Of a DNA stretch of 64,000 nucleotides, positions 38,912 through 54,900 are shown piece after piece; the stretch's first letter is position 1, and each line of letters starts with the position of its first letter. Source of the stretch: Chrysomallon squamiferum (lineage: Eukaryota > Animalia > Mollusca); NCBI GenBank assembly GCA_012295275.1, contig CM022670.1, positions 5,394,001-5,458,000 on the forward strand, in the 5' to 3' direction. The notes below the pieces were generated by a model. That model did no database searches. It worked only from the letters and a program-made list of their open reading frames with translations, and was not told where the DNA came from. Both the position numbers and the translations under genes were made by a program.

Positions 38912-41227
38912 CATATACACACATTGTCATTTCTTTGGAAATAAATCTTCCAGAATGTGGTGTCTTCAAACAGCCTCGAAGAAACCCATCCTGTATACTA
39001 CTACTACTATTGAACTAACAGTAATAGTAGCAGTACTGGTAATACTCAAAATACACTAATAATATTACCGTATTATCAACAGACAGTAACAGTAATATAA
39101 ATATTATTATTATTATTAGTAGTAGTAGTAGTAGTAGTAGCTGTTGCAGTAAAGTGATAAGAAGCAGTAGTAGTTGTTGTTGTTATTGTAACAGCTTCAA
39201 TGTGATTAGTAGTAGTTTCTGTAGTAGTTGCTGCAGTAAATGGTAGAAATGACGTGTTAAGTGCAATACTAAACGTTGTAGTAGTCTGATTTAAACTCGC
39301 TTCCTCCCTGCGTGTGAACTTCCACACTGATTCGGTCTAACTGTAGCCTGGAGTAGCTTGCTTACATAACATTTACGAGAAAGTCTTACTATTCTACAAC
39401 TGTTGGCACGCTTTCCTCCTCAGGCTGGCACCACTCCAAACGTGTAATATTATGGGAAACACGCCAGGCGTTTTATCCTCATCTAGCGCTAGCAACTGTG
39501 CTAAATCCAACAAAAGGTCGCTAAAAAAAAATTGCCAAAGGTCAACAATGACGTGAGAAAGTGAAATGAAGCATTTTGTTTCAAGGAAGCGAAAAACGAC
39601 CTTTAACGTTTTCGGCTGTTGGCGTACCTGAATTACACGTGCGTCTGCTCTGGCAGTCGTCGTGTCTAGAATTTCCACTCCAGAGTACTTCTGCCAACAA
39701 CAAACTTAAAACACACACACAGATACACATAAAAAGAGTAAGAAATAGAAAAACAAACCTTTTGGCAATAATTCACACCAATTTCTTACTACGTACGTAC
39801 GACGAACGTTTACGTCAATCGTAAGCAATACGATGCATCAGTTCGTTGTTAGAGTACATGCCCCAGGCACGAAGAATCGTAAAGACAATTTTCCTTATTG
39901 TAATCCTTAGGCTGTTTCTCCTTCGGGCCCAAGTGTACGTACTGGTGTTTCACAATGCTTTTTCTTTCTTTCTTTTTTTTTTTTGCTTAGGTAAAAGAGT
40001 CCTCCCTGCTATCAGTTAGGAATCCACAGAATAGAAGCAGCGAGTTTTCTTTTTAAAACATTATCGCTGCTCAAAAGCTATTGTGCAGGCGGTAAATATT
40101 AAATTTGCAATATCTATGAACATCTACATCCATTCATTGATATGAAAACATTTGTATAAAATAAGCAGAAATCTGCTTGCCGCTTCCTCAAGGCGCTAGC
40201 ACGACTAACTTGGACATACAACTCAATAGCAGATCGTTTCAAACTAAGACAACGAATACAGCTGTTGTTCAAGCAATTATAAATGTCTGTATAAGTATGT
40301 AATATATATATATATCTTGGTATGTATGTATGTATGTACGTTTATATGTGCGTGTGTATGTATGTAATGTATGTATGAATGTATGCATGCCTGTGTGTAT
40401 AGGTCTCTAATTGCTTTAGTGCGTGTGTTCATTAATGCATGTATGTTTATATATATATCTGGGTTTACGATGTCGTGTGTATTTTATCACATCAATATAC
40501 TACAAAGCAATATTTACATACAAACCAGCAATCCGTCCTGTTGTTTTATATTTTTCTTTTGAACTTGTTTTTGTTTTCGACAGATGGGACAAATCTGTGA
40601 ATGACAAAAGATATAATACTGTGTTGTGATTCGTCTGTTTGTTCCATCTGTGCTGTGTTCCTTTTTGTATATGTCTCTGTGTGTTTATAATCAGGTTAAT
40701 CGTTCTTACATTGTGGTCAACGTATTAGTTTACCCAGACAAAGACCTTTATATATACTTAAAGATTAACTCACTATTCTGTGTAATAGTGATAATATTTG
40801 CGTAAATCCATAAAAGATTTGCTCAAGCATGTCTGTCGTAGACCCAGTGTGTTTCTTCACAACAGAAGAGATGAAATGGAAATGAAAATCTGGGCATTTA
40901 GTACCTGTAATAAATTTCACGTAATTGATGCGCGTTTCGTAGAACTGTGGCAGTCCTCCTGTGTTTTAGACAAGGAAGTGAACGAAGAAATGTCTCTTTG
41001 GTTTAACACTCGACAAGAAATTACTTTTTATTTTAAATAAATCTTTCACAGTAACATGAGCACTGCCAGTCTCGAAACAAACCATCCCTTTGACTACTAC
41101 AACAACTACCATTACTACTGCTGCTGCCGTTACTACTAAAACTACTGCTCCTGGTGTACGACTGATACTGCAGCTACTACGACTTCTATTAATACTGCTA
41201 CTGCCACTGCTGCTATGTCTATTTTTT

Positions 41228-41263
<36 letters not shown>

Positions 41264-41396
41264 ATTTTTGTGAGGTATGCTGTTTGTCGTTAAACATACA
41301 TTTTTTTCAACGAAGATTAAATGTAAAATATCAGAATTCTTTACACGGATGTTTCTTTACTTCTGTTCTAACTCTTTTCTTCATCATCTTTCTCAA

Positions 41397-41437
<41 letters not shown>

Positions 41438-42895
41438 CTATCTATCTGTCTGTCTTTTGTCTGTCTGTGTGTCAGTCTAGTTATAATGATATGTCACTTC
41501 ATGATTGCACTTTTGCCTTCTAACCTCTGAGACTGACCTGTAAAATTCTTAGCATGCTACATTAATTCTCAAACTAAAAATAAAAATGCTGCAAAAAATA
41601 AAATAATAATAATTCAAAAAACATTATTTTATATTTTTAATGGCGTAGATAAATGATTTTTGCGTGTTCGGGAATTTCGTTGGATTTATGAGTTATTTTT
41701 CTTTATATTTTTTGTGCTTCGATTTTTTTTTTTTTTTTTTTTAATCTTTTTAAAATAAATGTCATGTTCTGCATTACACTTCGAACTTCGATGCGTTGGC
41801 AATATGTCATTTTCAAGGTGAAAACTGATAACCTTTACGGGAACATATATTCTTCTGAAGGTCTTTCTTTGGTTGTTGTTTAGTTATTACCGAATAATAT
41901 TTTCAGTTTCAGTAAACAAACTATTAAAATGTAACGTGTGTGTTTGTGTTTACATAAATTGGAAAAAAAAAAAAAAAAAATAGACTCACACGTTATTATC
42001 GTTGTTGTTGTTCGTATGATGAAACATATAGAATTTAAATGAAATTTTTTTTTTTTTTTTTTTTGTTTCCGAGCAATGACCTCATTAGAGAACCGCTTAC
42101 AGAGACGTTCGATTTGCCAGGAAAGAAAATCGGCAGTTTTTCCGTAGCAATATCCGTCGTCTTTAAGCCGTGACATCAGCCGAACATGATCGAATCTTCA
42201 ATAACTCACGAGATCGTATTTTGTCGGAAAAGAATCACGAAAACGGCATTGTTTTTTGTTTTTTTCTTCTGCTTACAGAAAAGAGCATTTTTTTATGTGC
42301 AAAGGGAATTGTTTGTTGTTTATGGGGGTTGTTATATTTCTTTCTATTATTAATTTGTTTATTTAGAACTTTTCATTTATTAAATGTTTTTACTAATTAT
42401 TATTACTTTTAATTCTTGCGTTTTGTCACTGATATTGGTAGTAACTTTCGTTATATAATTGTTATTTTTAGTGAGTCGGAATGTTGCGTTATTATTAATG
42501 CAATTTTATCCTGCCAACGATAACTATCTTTCGTCTGTTTGTGCGTCATTATATTCCTCTTTTCCAAAAATGCTATCTAAATTTTGTTACATTTGTATAA
42601 TGTATGTGTGTACGTATGCATATAAATACACACACACACCACACCGAGTATGCATTTGAGAAATACTGATATCTTTAGTATTTTACAGACGTTTAAAACA
42701 AATAAAACACACACACACACACACACACACATGGATTTACCTGGTACACATTTGAAAGAAATATATGGCTGTCTGATAAACGCACGAGTGAATCATTCTA
42801 GTGTCTTTTAGTATTTTTTATAAACAGAACATTTGCTTCAGGACATAAGGATCTGTTTAACAAGACAAGAAAATACATTGCAAAACAAACACACA

Positions 42896-42934
<39 letters not shown>

Positions 42935-44093
42935 CACTCCTGAATAAAAGACAATAAAATTTTTTGGGAACCTCCATGTACACATTTATAACCTTTTAAA
43001 GAAAATGTATTTTTAAATTTGATTTTTTCCTCGAAAGTGTATTTGGCTAACACCACAAATCTAAAAATACTCCAAAGGTTATGTTATATATGTTATACAG
43101 AGACAGAAAAAACAGAGACATAAGTAGACAGATAGACAGAGACAGATACACAGAAAGAGAGAGATAGTTAGATCAGTGACACATCTATCTCACAATATTA
43201 GAAAGGAAGAATTTTTTTTTTTTTTTAATTTATTTGTTTATTATTACTATTATTATTGTTGTTTTGTTTTGTTATTGTTGTTGTTTGTCCGATATGAAGT
43301 ATTTCCGACGTTTATTTTATCTTTTTCGTGCCATTATGACGTCACTATATTGTTCTTCAAAAAGCGCCTACTGACGTGAACAATGTTAACATATTTATTA
43401 TTTTAAACAAAAAGGAAAATAATTTTATTATAATAATAATAATTATTATTATTATTATTATTATTATGCACGTCAACATAAGGTCAATAATAGCCAGGTT
43501 CAGTATATTCTTTTCTTTTGGTATTTATTACTATTTTTATTACTTTATTTTATTATTATTATTCTATATTGTTGTTGTTTTTGATTTTGCTGTCGTTTTT
43601 GGTTGTTGTTGCTGCTGCTGATTATATATATATATATCTCACATATATCATTTTTCTTCTTCTACTTCTTCATATTATTATTATTAATAATATTATTTAG
43701 TTTCTTTTTTTTTTTTTTGCATACTGTCAATTGAACTCAGTCACATAATTATAAAATTTTAATAACGCTACATCTCTGCGGTCTGCGCACTTGAACGGCT
43801 GGCGCTCCAAGCTAACGATGCTTCGTGGTTATTTTGAGAGCCCGGGTGACGCAAATTGACGTAAACAACGAGAATCAATCCATTTCCATTTCCAGGACTG
43901 AACCGCGTGCTCTTTATGCCAGGCGCCAGCGGTGACCTTGAGAAGAGGAGAGACACAAGAAGTGATATTCTTTTAACGTACTCATCGCTGGGGAAAAAAA
44001 AGAAAAAAATGTGTGTAAGACGTCATAGCACATCCCATGCTTGCCATACGGCTTGGTGTGTTTCGTAGATATGCGAAGAAAATACTCTCATTC

Positions 44094-44204
<111 letters not shown>

Positions 44205-45019
44205 AGTTTTGAAAAAATTAAAAATGAAGAATCAGACTCGACATTCTTGTCAAAAAGTAATACAGTAGTAGATTAAAACACTTTGGAACTATCTAAGTGT
44301 TAATAATAAATTATCCACAAAAATAAAACAAAAACAATACCATCTGACCTTTCAGAATAACAATAAATACATTTACTAAAAATAAATATTTTAATTACGT
44401 CGTCCTTTGAGAATATCCGTCACAAGTTTCAAATTCAAAACCGAGTCTTTCTTCCGGTTTCTTTCACGGAAAAAACTTCCAGTGTTTTGTTTCCTGCATC
44501 TGCCGCTTTCCCTCTTTGTTGTATTAAAGTACTTTTTGTTTATCTGTTAACCATAAACGTTTTATTCATGAAATCATTGTTTAAAATTCAAAGGCCTTCT
44601 AATTTGCTTTATGGTTAATTCGTGTTTTACATATACGTGTTTTGTTTTTTTTCTTGTCTTTTGTCTTCTGGGAATTTGTTTTTCTTACTTTGCTTGCTTT
44701 TGTTATGTGTTTTAATTACACACTTCTGCTAGAGAAGTCGATGACAGAAATTAATTCATATGCTTCAGTGATGTTTTTAAATAATTTTTAAGAATCTCTT
44801 CAGATAACTCCTCTTTCTGTTTTTTGCGTAAAAATAAGTACTTATTTTTATAGTATGCTGGTATTTTTATCTTACCCCTCAATCTCCCCCTCTCCCTCTC
44901 TCTCTCTCTAGTAGATATTACTTAAATCTGTGCTATTCCTTTCACCCCACTATTCAAAACACTTAACAGTTTTTAATCAGTCCGAATTATTTAAGCATTT
45001 AACTTAATTTTGAATTTCA

Positions 45020-45440
45020 GCTCGGGTCAAAAAACGAAAGCGCAAGAAACCAGACGTTCGTTCGGGGCACCTGTGCAGATTGCGGAAATGAACATGCATT
45101 TGGAAGACGTGTCTGCGAAGGATATTATTTCCGCAGTGCGTACGTCAGACGTTATTTCTGACGCACTGAAACAATAAACATGGGCTTTCGGTTCCGAGTG
45201 CGTGAGAACAGCGAACTTGGCATCCGTTGCATTAGCAAGTTGCCAAAATAGAAACATGGTAGAATTCACGGCACTGCAGGCGATCCAGACAGATGTGCAC
45301 CATTAGCTAATGTCGTAAAAAAAAAAAAAAAACAACGCCAAAAGAATGAAGTTGTTTGCAACGCGATGCGAGCTCTGAGATAACGTGACGTAACTGCAAG
45401 CCTGAGGAAGTCGAGGATTGAAAAGAGTTCACTATTTCTG
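45020..45440. promoter_or_regulatory. CpG-rich enhancer-like patch
   Basis: Dense CpG with GCGGAAAT, TGACGTAA and GAGGAAGT motifs between AT-rich flanks. Confidence 0.35.
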
Positions 45441-45456
45441 GCTCGTTTTCAAAGTA

Positions 45457-45524
<68 letters not shown>

Positions 45525-46647
45525 ACAAAATGAAAAACTGTCTATCCTTCTCATATGAATCATATTAAATTAATACAATATACGCCATAGGTCAGTTAAA
45601 ATACCCTCTTAAAAATGTCAAATGTAATTAATCTGCCCAGTGTAAATATATCCTTATTCATATAGCCTGAGATAATTTCGGGCTAAAATTTAAAAATAAA
45701 TAAATAAATGAAACAACAACAACAACAACAACAAAAATATAGAAACAAAAATTTAATACTGAATATACTGGTAAAGTAATAACTAGAAATTTATTATTCA
45801 TTAATTTGTTTTTATTTATTTATTTTAACCTGAAATTTGACTTAACGAACAGGTTCTGGGTATGTTATTGAATAAGTAAAATGAACTGTTACAAATAAAA
45901 AATTTTCGTCGTTTTATTTTTCTTTATAACACACACACTATTTTAAATTTGATTTGATTTGATTTTTTTATCTTCGTTCCATTATGGTTTGAACAATATA
46001 TGTTTGTTTATTTTCCCCTAGTCATTTCGTAATTTAAAAAAAAAAAAACATTATTCGTATTTTCTTACTCTGAGTTTATCGATCAAAACCTTATTTTACC
46101 CGCTGTCAAAGGAAAAAAAAAAAAAAAAAAAATTAAATCGTGGAAAAGAAAAATTAAAAATTATTTAAGACACTGGCCTGGCAGACGATTAATTCGTGCA
46201 GTATCCTAAGCAACTCAAGTATCTTTACACAACTGACATTTACCTGAACTCGATGACTTTTTCTTTTTTCATTTCTCCCTTTTTTTTTTTTTTTTTTTTT
46301 TTTTTTCAAGTAACAACATTCTTCAGCTTTTCAGCTTTAATAACCACCTGTTTTCCACTTCCATATTTGCCTGCCATCAGCACATGACACGTTGTCTCGT
46401 GTCTCTTTGCACTAATTTCCGCCAGTTTGTTACATCATGCTACTGGACATCGGGCTTCTTGAAAAAGAAAAGTTAAAAAGGAAGTGATTTCTTTCTTTCT
46501 TTGTTCGTGGATTCCGTCCTAATCGTGACGGCACACACACGCGACAAAGTATCAATATTGAGCCGTGTTCTTCACAGTGTCACATGTTACCTTCTAGCTC
46601 TGGTAAATTCAGTTTGAACAAACATCAGTGCAAGACCTTTCAGGTGC

Positions 46648-46680
<33 letters not shown>

Positions 46681-48023
46681 AAATAAGAGAAAATGATAAT
46701 ATTACGAAGTGCAAACATAGAATCATTAATGCTGTCTTTAGTAATAGATTGGTTTGTCACGCACTCTCTTCTTTTAAATTTTGCATTTTTAATTCATTTT
46801 AATGTAATATATCTTTTGTTTATAATGTTCCGTTTATTTTTGGTCAACTTTTATTTATTTATTTATTATCCATAGGTAAAATATTTGCTTGTAACTGAAT
46901 TCTCAAGAATTTCGAATTTTTATTTTTATTATTATTATTTTTTTTTATGTATTATTATTTTTTTTTTTTTGTGATTGTCGTGGTTTTTGTTTGTTAATCT
47001 TATTATTATATATTTTTTAAATTTATTATTGTTATTACTTCTTTTCATATTATTCTTTTTTCTTATTCTTTTTATTATCTTTAGGTATTGCGGACGCAGA
47101 TAAAAGTAAACAAAAAACAAAAATGTTTTATTTATACGACTGTTGTAAAATAATTTCATCACTGACCACGATACATTCGCTACGTCATCGCTGAATTAAA
47201 TTATGTATGTCCTCGAGAAGTGTGTCAACATAATAAACAGCCGTTCGTTTCTAACTCCGGTCAAAGTTAAACATTACTATTCTTCCTGTCCACCCTCAGC
47301 CTTTGAACCAATAAAACCAAATATGTAGCGTTACATTTACAAATTCACAGAACGCTTTATTTCGTTCCCGGAATTAACAACTGTGATATACCAATCTTAA
47401 CTGACGCCCGCAGAGAAACACAACTTTCAGGGCTTCCCTCCTAATTTGCCAACTTGGGTTGGGGGTAGAACAAAAATAACTGTTCAGTTGTCAGAATTTT
47501 AAACTGTCCACATTCAGTGCCGTGGGGCTACTGCCCCTCCCTCGATACGACAGAGATTAACTATTCCAAAGGTAAGCGACAGAATTTTAGCCCTATCGGT
47601 GTTCTAATTGGCTATGAATAGAAAAGATTCGTTCACTATCTGTAACCATTTTCAGTCTGCTCTGTTTCCATAATACAGTGGGTGTGTATATTTTTGTTCG
47701 AAAAGAAACAAACGAGGGAATATTTGTTTAAATATAGTCCAATAAATGCTCTTAATCAGAAGGTTGTTGGCATCTCTTTCGAAGTATTTCTGTCACACAG
47801 TCACGCGTAGGAGACGAAACCTTTAAAGAATGTCTACTTTCGTCCGAATAAATACCATCACGTCAACGATGACCGGAAATGGAAGAGATGGTATTTTTAT
47901 TTCTTTCCTCCTTAATTTTTAAGTACTCCATCATCTGGCCTTATTATCGATCTTGTAAATTAATCAAGTCCATAACTTTTTTCTTTCTTTCTTTCTTCAT
48001 TTCTTCTTCTTCTTCTTCTTCCA

Positions 48024-48091
<68 letters not shown>

Positions 48092-50344
48092 GTTTGGCAA
48101 CATTAAAAATATAAGGGTTGCGTTTCATAGCGCGCATGTAAAAAGTCATTAATATTACCAAGTGTTAATTAGGGTGTTCAAATGTACTGTTTAGGGCGGA
48201 GTTTTAAACTAGGCATTATACCGAACAATTAAACGGAACTAAACTTATCCCGAGCTATTACTTCTAATACAACTTTAAAACAGATGAAAGAGAGAGAGAG
48301 AAGCTTACCAAAGTGATGCAATCCAAAATAGAAACGTCACTTAACGCAGGCGTTAAATGATAATTCATCGAGTGCACCACCTGTACATATTTTTGTGTCA
48401 CGGAGTAACTGCAACGTAAAGCAAATGATTTCAAACACAGGCGAGCCGGATCTTTGTTATTAGCCTTAATAATGTTGTCATCCACGGCGTTTGTCCAAGC
48501 TGACGCCAAGACAGAAACGGAAATAGGCAGTCGGAGTAGTCGTGCAATATATTCTCTGCCGTATCCGTGTTCCATAGCAAGTTCTGATTTTTAATGAATG
48601 AATTTTATTTCAATTCTTATCCCGCTGCTTACGGAATTCCATTAATGTAAAATGCATTTTGCAAAGAAAGATTTAATTAAATGGAAACAGCGAACGCCGT
48701 GTTTTCTAATGCTGCTTTGACAGTTGTTAGTAGATGTTGTCGCCTTTAAAAGCCAAACATAGAATAATAATAATAATAATAATAATAGCGATCGAGTATG
48801 GGGTTTATTATATTATTTTTTAACCTTTCTTTTTAAATCAGATTATTATAATTTTTATAGTGTGACGTGGATTTTATTATTATTATTATTATTATCATCA
48901 TCACATCATCATCATCATTATTATTATTATTATTTATTATTATTATTATTATTAATTATTATTAAAACTTTTTTTCCCCTCCTAATAAGTACGCCTCTTA
49001 ATTCTAATGCTTGGTAAATATCTGTAAGATATAATAATATTTTTCTTTGTTACTTCTTTTTTCTTTCTTCTTGTTTTATTTTTTTTTTTTTTTTTTTTTT
49101 TTTATTATTATTATTATTATTTATTTTTTTATTTTATTTTTTTTTTTTTTTTTTTTTACTTGCGAATTTCGTGTTCAGAAACGCCAGCCATGTGTATGTT
49201 TGGGCGTGTCCGTTGTTTGTGTCATTGCTCTGGGTCCTTGACCGAAGATTCATTGCTGTCGCTTTTGTTATGACATTTCGTTTTGTCTCTATGATTTATA
49301 TACTGTGTTTTGTCTTTTTTCTGTTCGTCGGAAAAATTAATTTCAAAGTAATTTTCTGTTAAAGGCCTCTGGGGCCTGTCATAGTACGACAGTGTTATTA
49401 TTATTTTCTATTTTGCGTTTGACAGTATTATATTTAAAGGTTATGCTTTTAAAAATTTATGAGGAAATCCATATAGACATTATAACTGTATCTAGTCCAA
49501 AAGGTGAAACAGCCAACAGGTGGATTTCGAATAACGATGACAGCTTTTTATAAATCTTCTGTTTCTTCTTCTGCTTATTATTATTAGTATTAGTAGTATT
49601 ATTATACATTTGTTTGTTTATTTTTTGCTGTTTAATGGGGTTAAGTAAGGAAAGAACAATGCACGTAATTAACTTAAAGCAACGACCTTGAAGCTTTCAC
49701 GAAAACATATAATTTTATTGTTTTCTTTCGAATTTAAATCTTTCACTCGTACTAAATCATATTATTATTTCCATCTGATTGCGTTTTGAAATTGTTTTAT
49801 TAGCAGCTACAACTGTTCTTTTGTGGTTGTCGCCGATTAGATAATTCTTTCTGTGAGCTTCACTTGTTTCTGTCAACGTCTCCAGCACTTAGCAGGACGC
49901 AGACGTATTACTTACGGAGCTAAATGGCCGCTTCATTTCCCTAACTATTTGTCTTTTGGGTTACGATAAGGTGTGTCAGGTTTAGTGAGTTCTTGTGTAC
50001 TTTTGCAAAACAGGTTACGTGTTCTTTTGCGTGCATCTTTCAAGTTGGGCAGTCCAGTCATGTATTTCAATCAATCTCTCTATATACGATTCGCTATTTT
50101 GGATATACAGTTGGTGGGTGTGGTATGTATGTGCGTTTGTGTGTGCTGTGCGTTTGTGCGTGTGTGTTTGTGCAGATGTGTGTGTGTGTGAGAGAGAGAT
50201 CCGATGACGAAAAAGTAAAAATTAGCCAGTCAGGAAAAAAATAAAAATAAAGAATTAACAAAAATACGGAAATAATAAATAAATAAATAAATAACACTGA
50301 TGACAGATGTAGAAAAACAACAAAATACTGTTTATTTTCAAAAA

Positions 50345-50511
50345 TAGTCAACTACTTTTATTCAAATATAACATATAATGTATTAGAACATTCTCCTTCG
50401 TATGTACAGAAACGTGTCAATACAAAAAACCCAGAGAGATCCGAGAACGCATTGTAGAAAAACTAGTGTTTGTAGCTAACACAGCAAGTTGAGACGGGTA
50501 CAAATGGATAC

Positions 50512-50560
<49 letters not shown>

Positions 50561-51868
50561 GTAAGTAAAATATTAACAACAATAATTAAATTTAACAAGG
50601 CATTAAAAAATGAAGTTAACGGTTGAAAAGAAAATGAAGACACTTTATTTATTAGAGACTACAGATAACAACAAAAACATTTTAATATAAATAAAATATA
50701 CTTGTCTAGAAAGTAACCAAATAAAAAGATTCTAACAGATACTGAAGACAAACTGGAAATAAAACAAAGATATATATATTTTTCTACTTTTGAAAAAGTC
50801 AGCATTACATTATTTTATGTTATTTAAAAAAAAAATCTTACTGTTCACAGAAACTGCTAATTTAAATTAGAATCCTCAAAAAAAAAAAAAAAAAAAATTA
50901 AAAAATACAATCACATTAGTTACATATAAAACAGCCTCCCAAAATAGTAACAATATTAGGTGTTTTTTTTGTTGTTTTTTTTACATGTTTTTTTTTTTTT
51001 ACATTTTTTAGTTATTATAATTATATATATATAGTTTTTTATATATATATTTATTTTACAATTTTTTTTTTTGTCACTGAAGTGTTTGTACACTGATAAC
51101 AAGATAACTATCATCAAACATGACAGTAACAGTAAGGCACATTTAAATAGATATGCTGGTTGTTAACAGTACATTGCTCCTTGATGAACATTTTAAAACT
51201 CTTGTACATTCTCTCAATTCTATGTACTTCAAACAACAGGGAAAACAAACAACCTTTCCATATATACACATGCATATATATACATATATGCATGCATGAT
51301 TTCATGATGGATCTGGGTGTGGAATAAGAAAGAGATATGTGTATAACAGTATGAAGAGAAGGGAACAAAATGGGAAGAGTTTTTTTATACTTGAAAAACA
51401 ATTCTTTTAAGGATCAAATGTATTGCTGCCTGGTAAAAACCTGCAATAATCAAAATCTGACGAAAGCACTTTCTATATGCATCATGGTAAACGTCTTAAC
51501 AAGTGCAGGGCAACAAAATGGTGAAAACAGTGAGAAATGTCAAAAATTTGGTAAAACAGATTGGAATGCACTGCAAAACAGAAAATGTTGCACCCCTCCA
51601 AAGGAGAGGTTTGTAATTAACAAACTAAAAACAAAAAAAAAAAAAAAAAAAAAATAAAAAAAAAAAAGGAAAATAAAATTGTGAATGATATATCTTGTTT
51701 AATTATTAGTATTATTTAATTATTGATTTTATAATTTTATTTACTTGATTAATCAATTATGATACTTATGGTTTAAGATATATGTTTGTAATTAAAATGA
51801 AGCAATTTCTGAAAATAAAAGTTTCGATTCCAATATTTCTTTTATATATATATCTATTTATGCTAATG

Positions 51869-51922
<54 letters not shown>

Positions 51923-54900
51923 GAAAGTAGAAAAGATTTTAATTTTTTTTTTTAATTTTTTTTTTAATTTGTTACCAGGACCTAAATATCAGGTCTACCT
52001 TTATCACAGAGCTATCATAAAACGACCAAGATGTGAAAAAATCTAAACACGTATCAATTCATCTTTGGATGAACAACCATCTGCTTCAAAAACAAAACCA
52101 AATAAAAATAAACAAAAACTGTTTTGGAAAGATCCCAGAGACAAAAACAATAAAACCCAAGCCTCCCCTTGAGAAAAAAAACATTATAGAAAATATTATA
52201 CAAACAGTGTATTCTCTGTATTTCATTTAAAACAACAATAATAATAATAATATATATATTTTTTATTTTTGAAATTTGGTAAGTAAAGAAACTAGTATTT
52301 TGATTTTTGAGATCATTGTTATTCATTAAAATTCACAGTGCCCTATCAGTGTATGGACAACATTGTTGAATTATTTCATTTAAAAGCTAAATCAAATGAA
52401 ACTAATTTGAAAAACTGAGAACTGTAAAACCATGTAATTTGACAAGCCTTGCTCACATTTTGAATAATATATCACTAAAAAAATAATAAAAAAATAAAAT
52501 AAATAAATAAATTTGAGAATTAGGACAGATCTTCACTTAGTAAACATACCTCAGTAAATAGTATTAACAAGATTGTAGAAAATGAATGTTTAGCTGGAAA
52601 TTAAAAAAGAAAGATTAAAATAACAGAAAAAAGGCTGACTGCACTGTGAAACTAACCACTACAATCTTTCTGAACAGGACTATTAAAACAATTGTTTGTG
52701 GTGTTGCATACAAAGAAAAACCAATTACCGACATACAGGTTTTTCCTAGATCCAATATATATATATATATATATATATGTATATGTACATGTGTATATAT
52801 ATATATATATATTTTATATATACACACACACACACACACAAACATATATATATTTATTTATTTATTTTTATGTGTATAGTATGTCAAATGTATAAATCTA
52901 CTCAAAATTTAAAATTGACTATTTCACAATAAAATCCTAGCCAGTAATAACACTGAATAATATATAGTTCTTTCCTTATTATTATTTACAGAATACCACA
53001 AAAACAAAAACTGTATTAAAATTTAAGTTCCAAGTATATAGTTTGTAATAATAACAATTTTTGTTTCTGTATTTTATATGCTTTTTTTCATACTGCTGTA
53101 CATAATCAGTTTTGTGCATATTTTACTATGAACACTGAAACTTAATGGTAACAAACTGTGTCTGCTGACACTCAAAAGGCAAAACTCAAAGTTCACTAAT
53201 AATTTTGTTTAACAAAAGGTTTCATTTTTATTTATCTGTTTTAATAATCAAATGATTTTTGGCTGTGTCAAGATGAATGACTGATAACAAATTTTAGTTG
53301 ATACAAATAACATTTCTTTACAGATAAAAACATTTACAATCTGTTAAATATAGGTCAAAGTGACCTACTTTTAGCATGCAAGCTGGTAAAATTGAAAAAG
53401 TTTAGTTCCAAAAAATAATATATATATTTACAATTTTCTTTTCTTTGATTTTATCAAAAGTAATTTTTGAGATAGCAAAAGCAATCATGAAATACATTTA
53501 AAACCAGGAATCAAAAAGGAAGAAAAAAGAAGAAAGAAATCAAATTCAGTTTCAGACGGTAGCCTGGTGTTAGTAATGTTTTTGTTTGGTTTTATTTCTA
53601 AAATATGAACTGTACAAAAATATTAAACTGATCATTTCATTATCTTTTAACATTACCAATGTAGCAGGCAATTACCCCCATAACCATATCACATTGCCAA
53701 AACTGTATATACTGAATAGACCCATGTCAAATCATTAAAAAAGTATCACCAAGGGTCAAGAAACATTCTAAAAGACCAGCTTCTAGTTAGCAAGGTATAT
53801 ATCAAAATGCTCTCTCTGCACTTCAGTTAAAAAAAGTCCCATATTTGAAACAAGATTACAAATGCCAGAAAATATACCTATAACAGTAAAAGAAAAAACG
53901 TGTCTGCTGACAGTTTGTAAACTTTGAGTTCTACCTTAACACAACGTACTGACATACACACAAACATGCACAATGTACATATACAATTTTAAAATTACTG
54001 TTAGTCACTTTTTACTTATTTCAGTCAAAAAACGTGTTAAATTTTACAATGGAGTTAGTAACTTTTAGGATTTAGGTTCTTATAAAAACTAAATTATTTT
54101 GACACTTTTGTTCACTGTAACTATCTACATTTTGCTGAGCTTTTTTTTTTTTTTTTTTTTTTTTTGTTACACAAAAACAATGGATAGGAAATTATCTGTA
54201 AGTATGAAGGCTGAGATTATGTACAAATCACAAAAAGAAATATAACCAGAAAAATAGAAATAAAATGATTTTTTAAAACTACAAATAAATTATTACTGAA
54301 TGCCATTTAAACCTGTTAGTAAACAGAATATTACTTTCAGTGTCTGCAAAAATACAAAATCTTAATTTAGAAATCATTTATTATTTAAATGACTGAAAAT
54401 GATCATTAATGATTGTTAAAATTTACATGTCATTATATTCAATTTATGAAACCAAAAAACATTGTTTAATTTAAAAAAATTATTTACTTTTAGATATATC
54501 AAAATATATAACTCCCTAAGAATTTGAAAACTATTTCACCATGATGAAAAATAAATTTATGAAACTTGTTACTTATCTTTGTAACATCATAATAATAAAC
54601 TGCCAAAAATTTATTTTTGGCTTAAACGTGTTTGTACTTTTAACACCTGCAGGTCCAGGCATCCAACTTATACATGACAAAACACTACAATATTTATCTT
54701 TTTTTTCTTTTTTTTTTCCCCCTTTCTTTTTTCTCTTTTTCATAAATGACTTTACAAAATATTAACATGAAGACTAATATACTGGCCATAAATTTTAATG
54801 ATAAAGAAGCTGTCACTGTTAATGGAATGAAGAGATGTTTTTTTACTTCTCATTTTTTTTTTTTTTTCTTTTTTTTTTAAAGAGTTCAAATGATGGATGA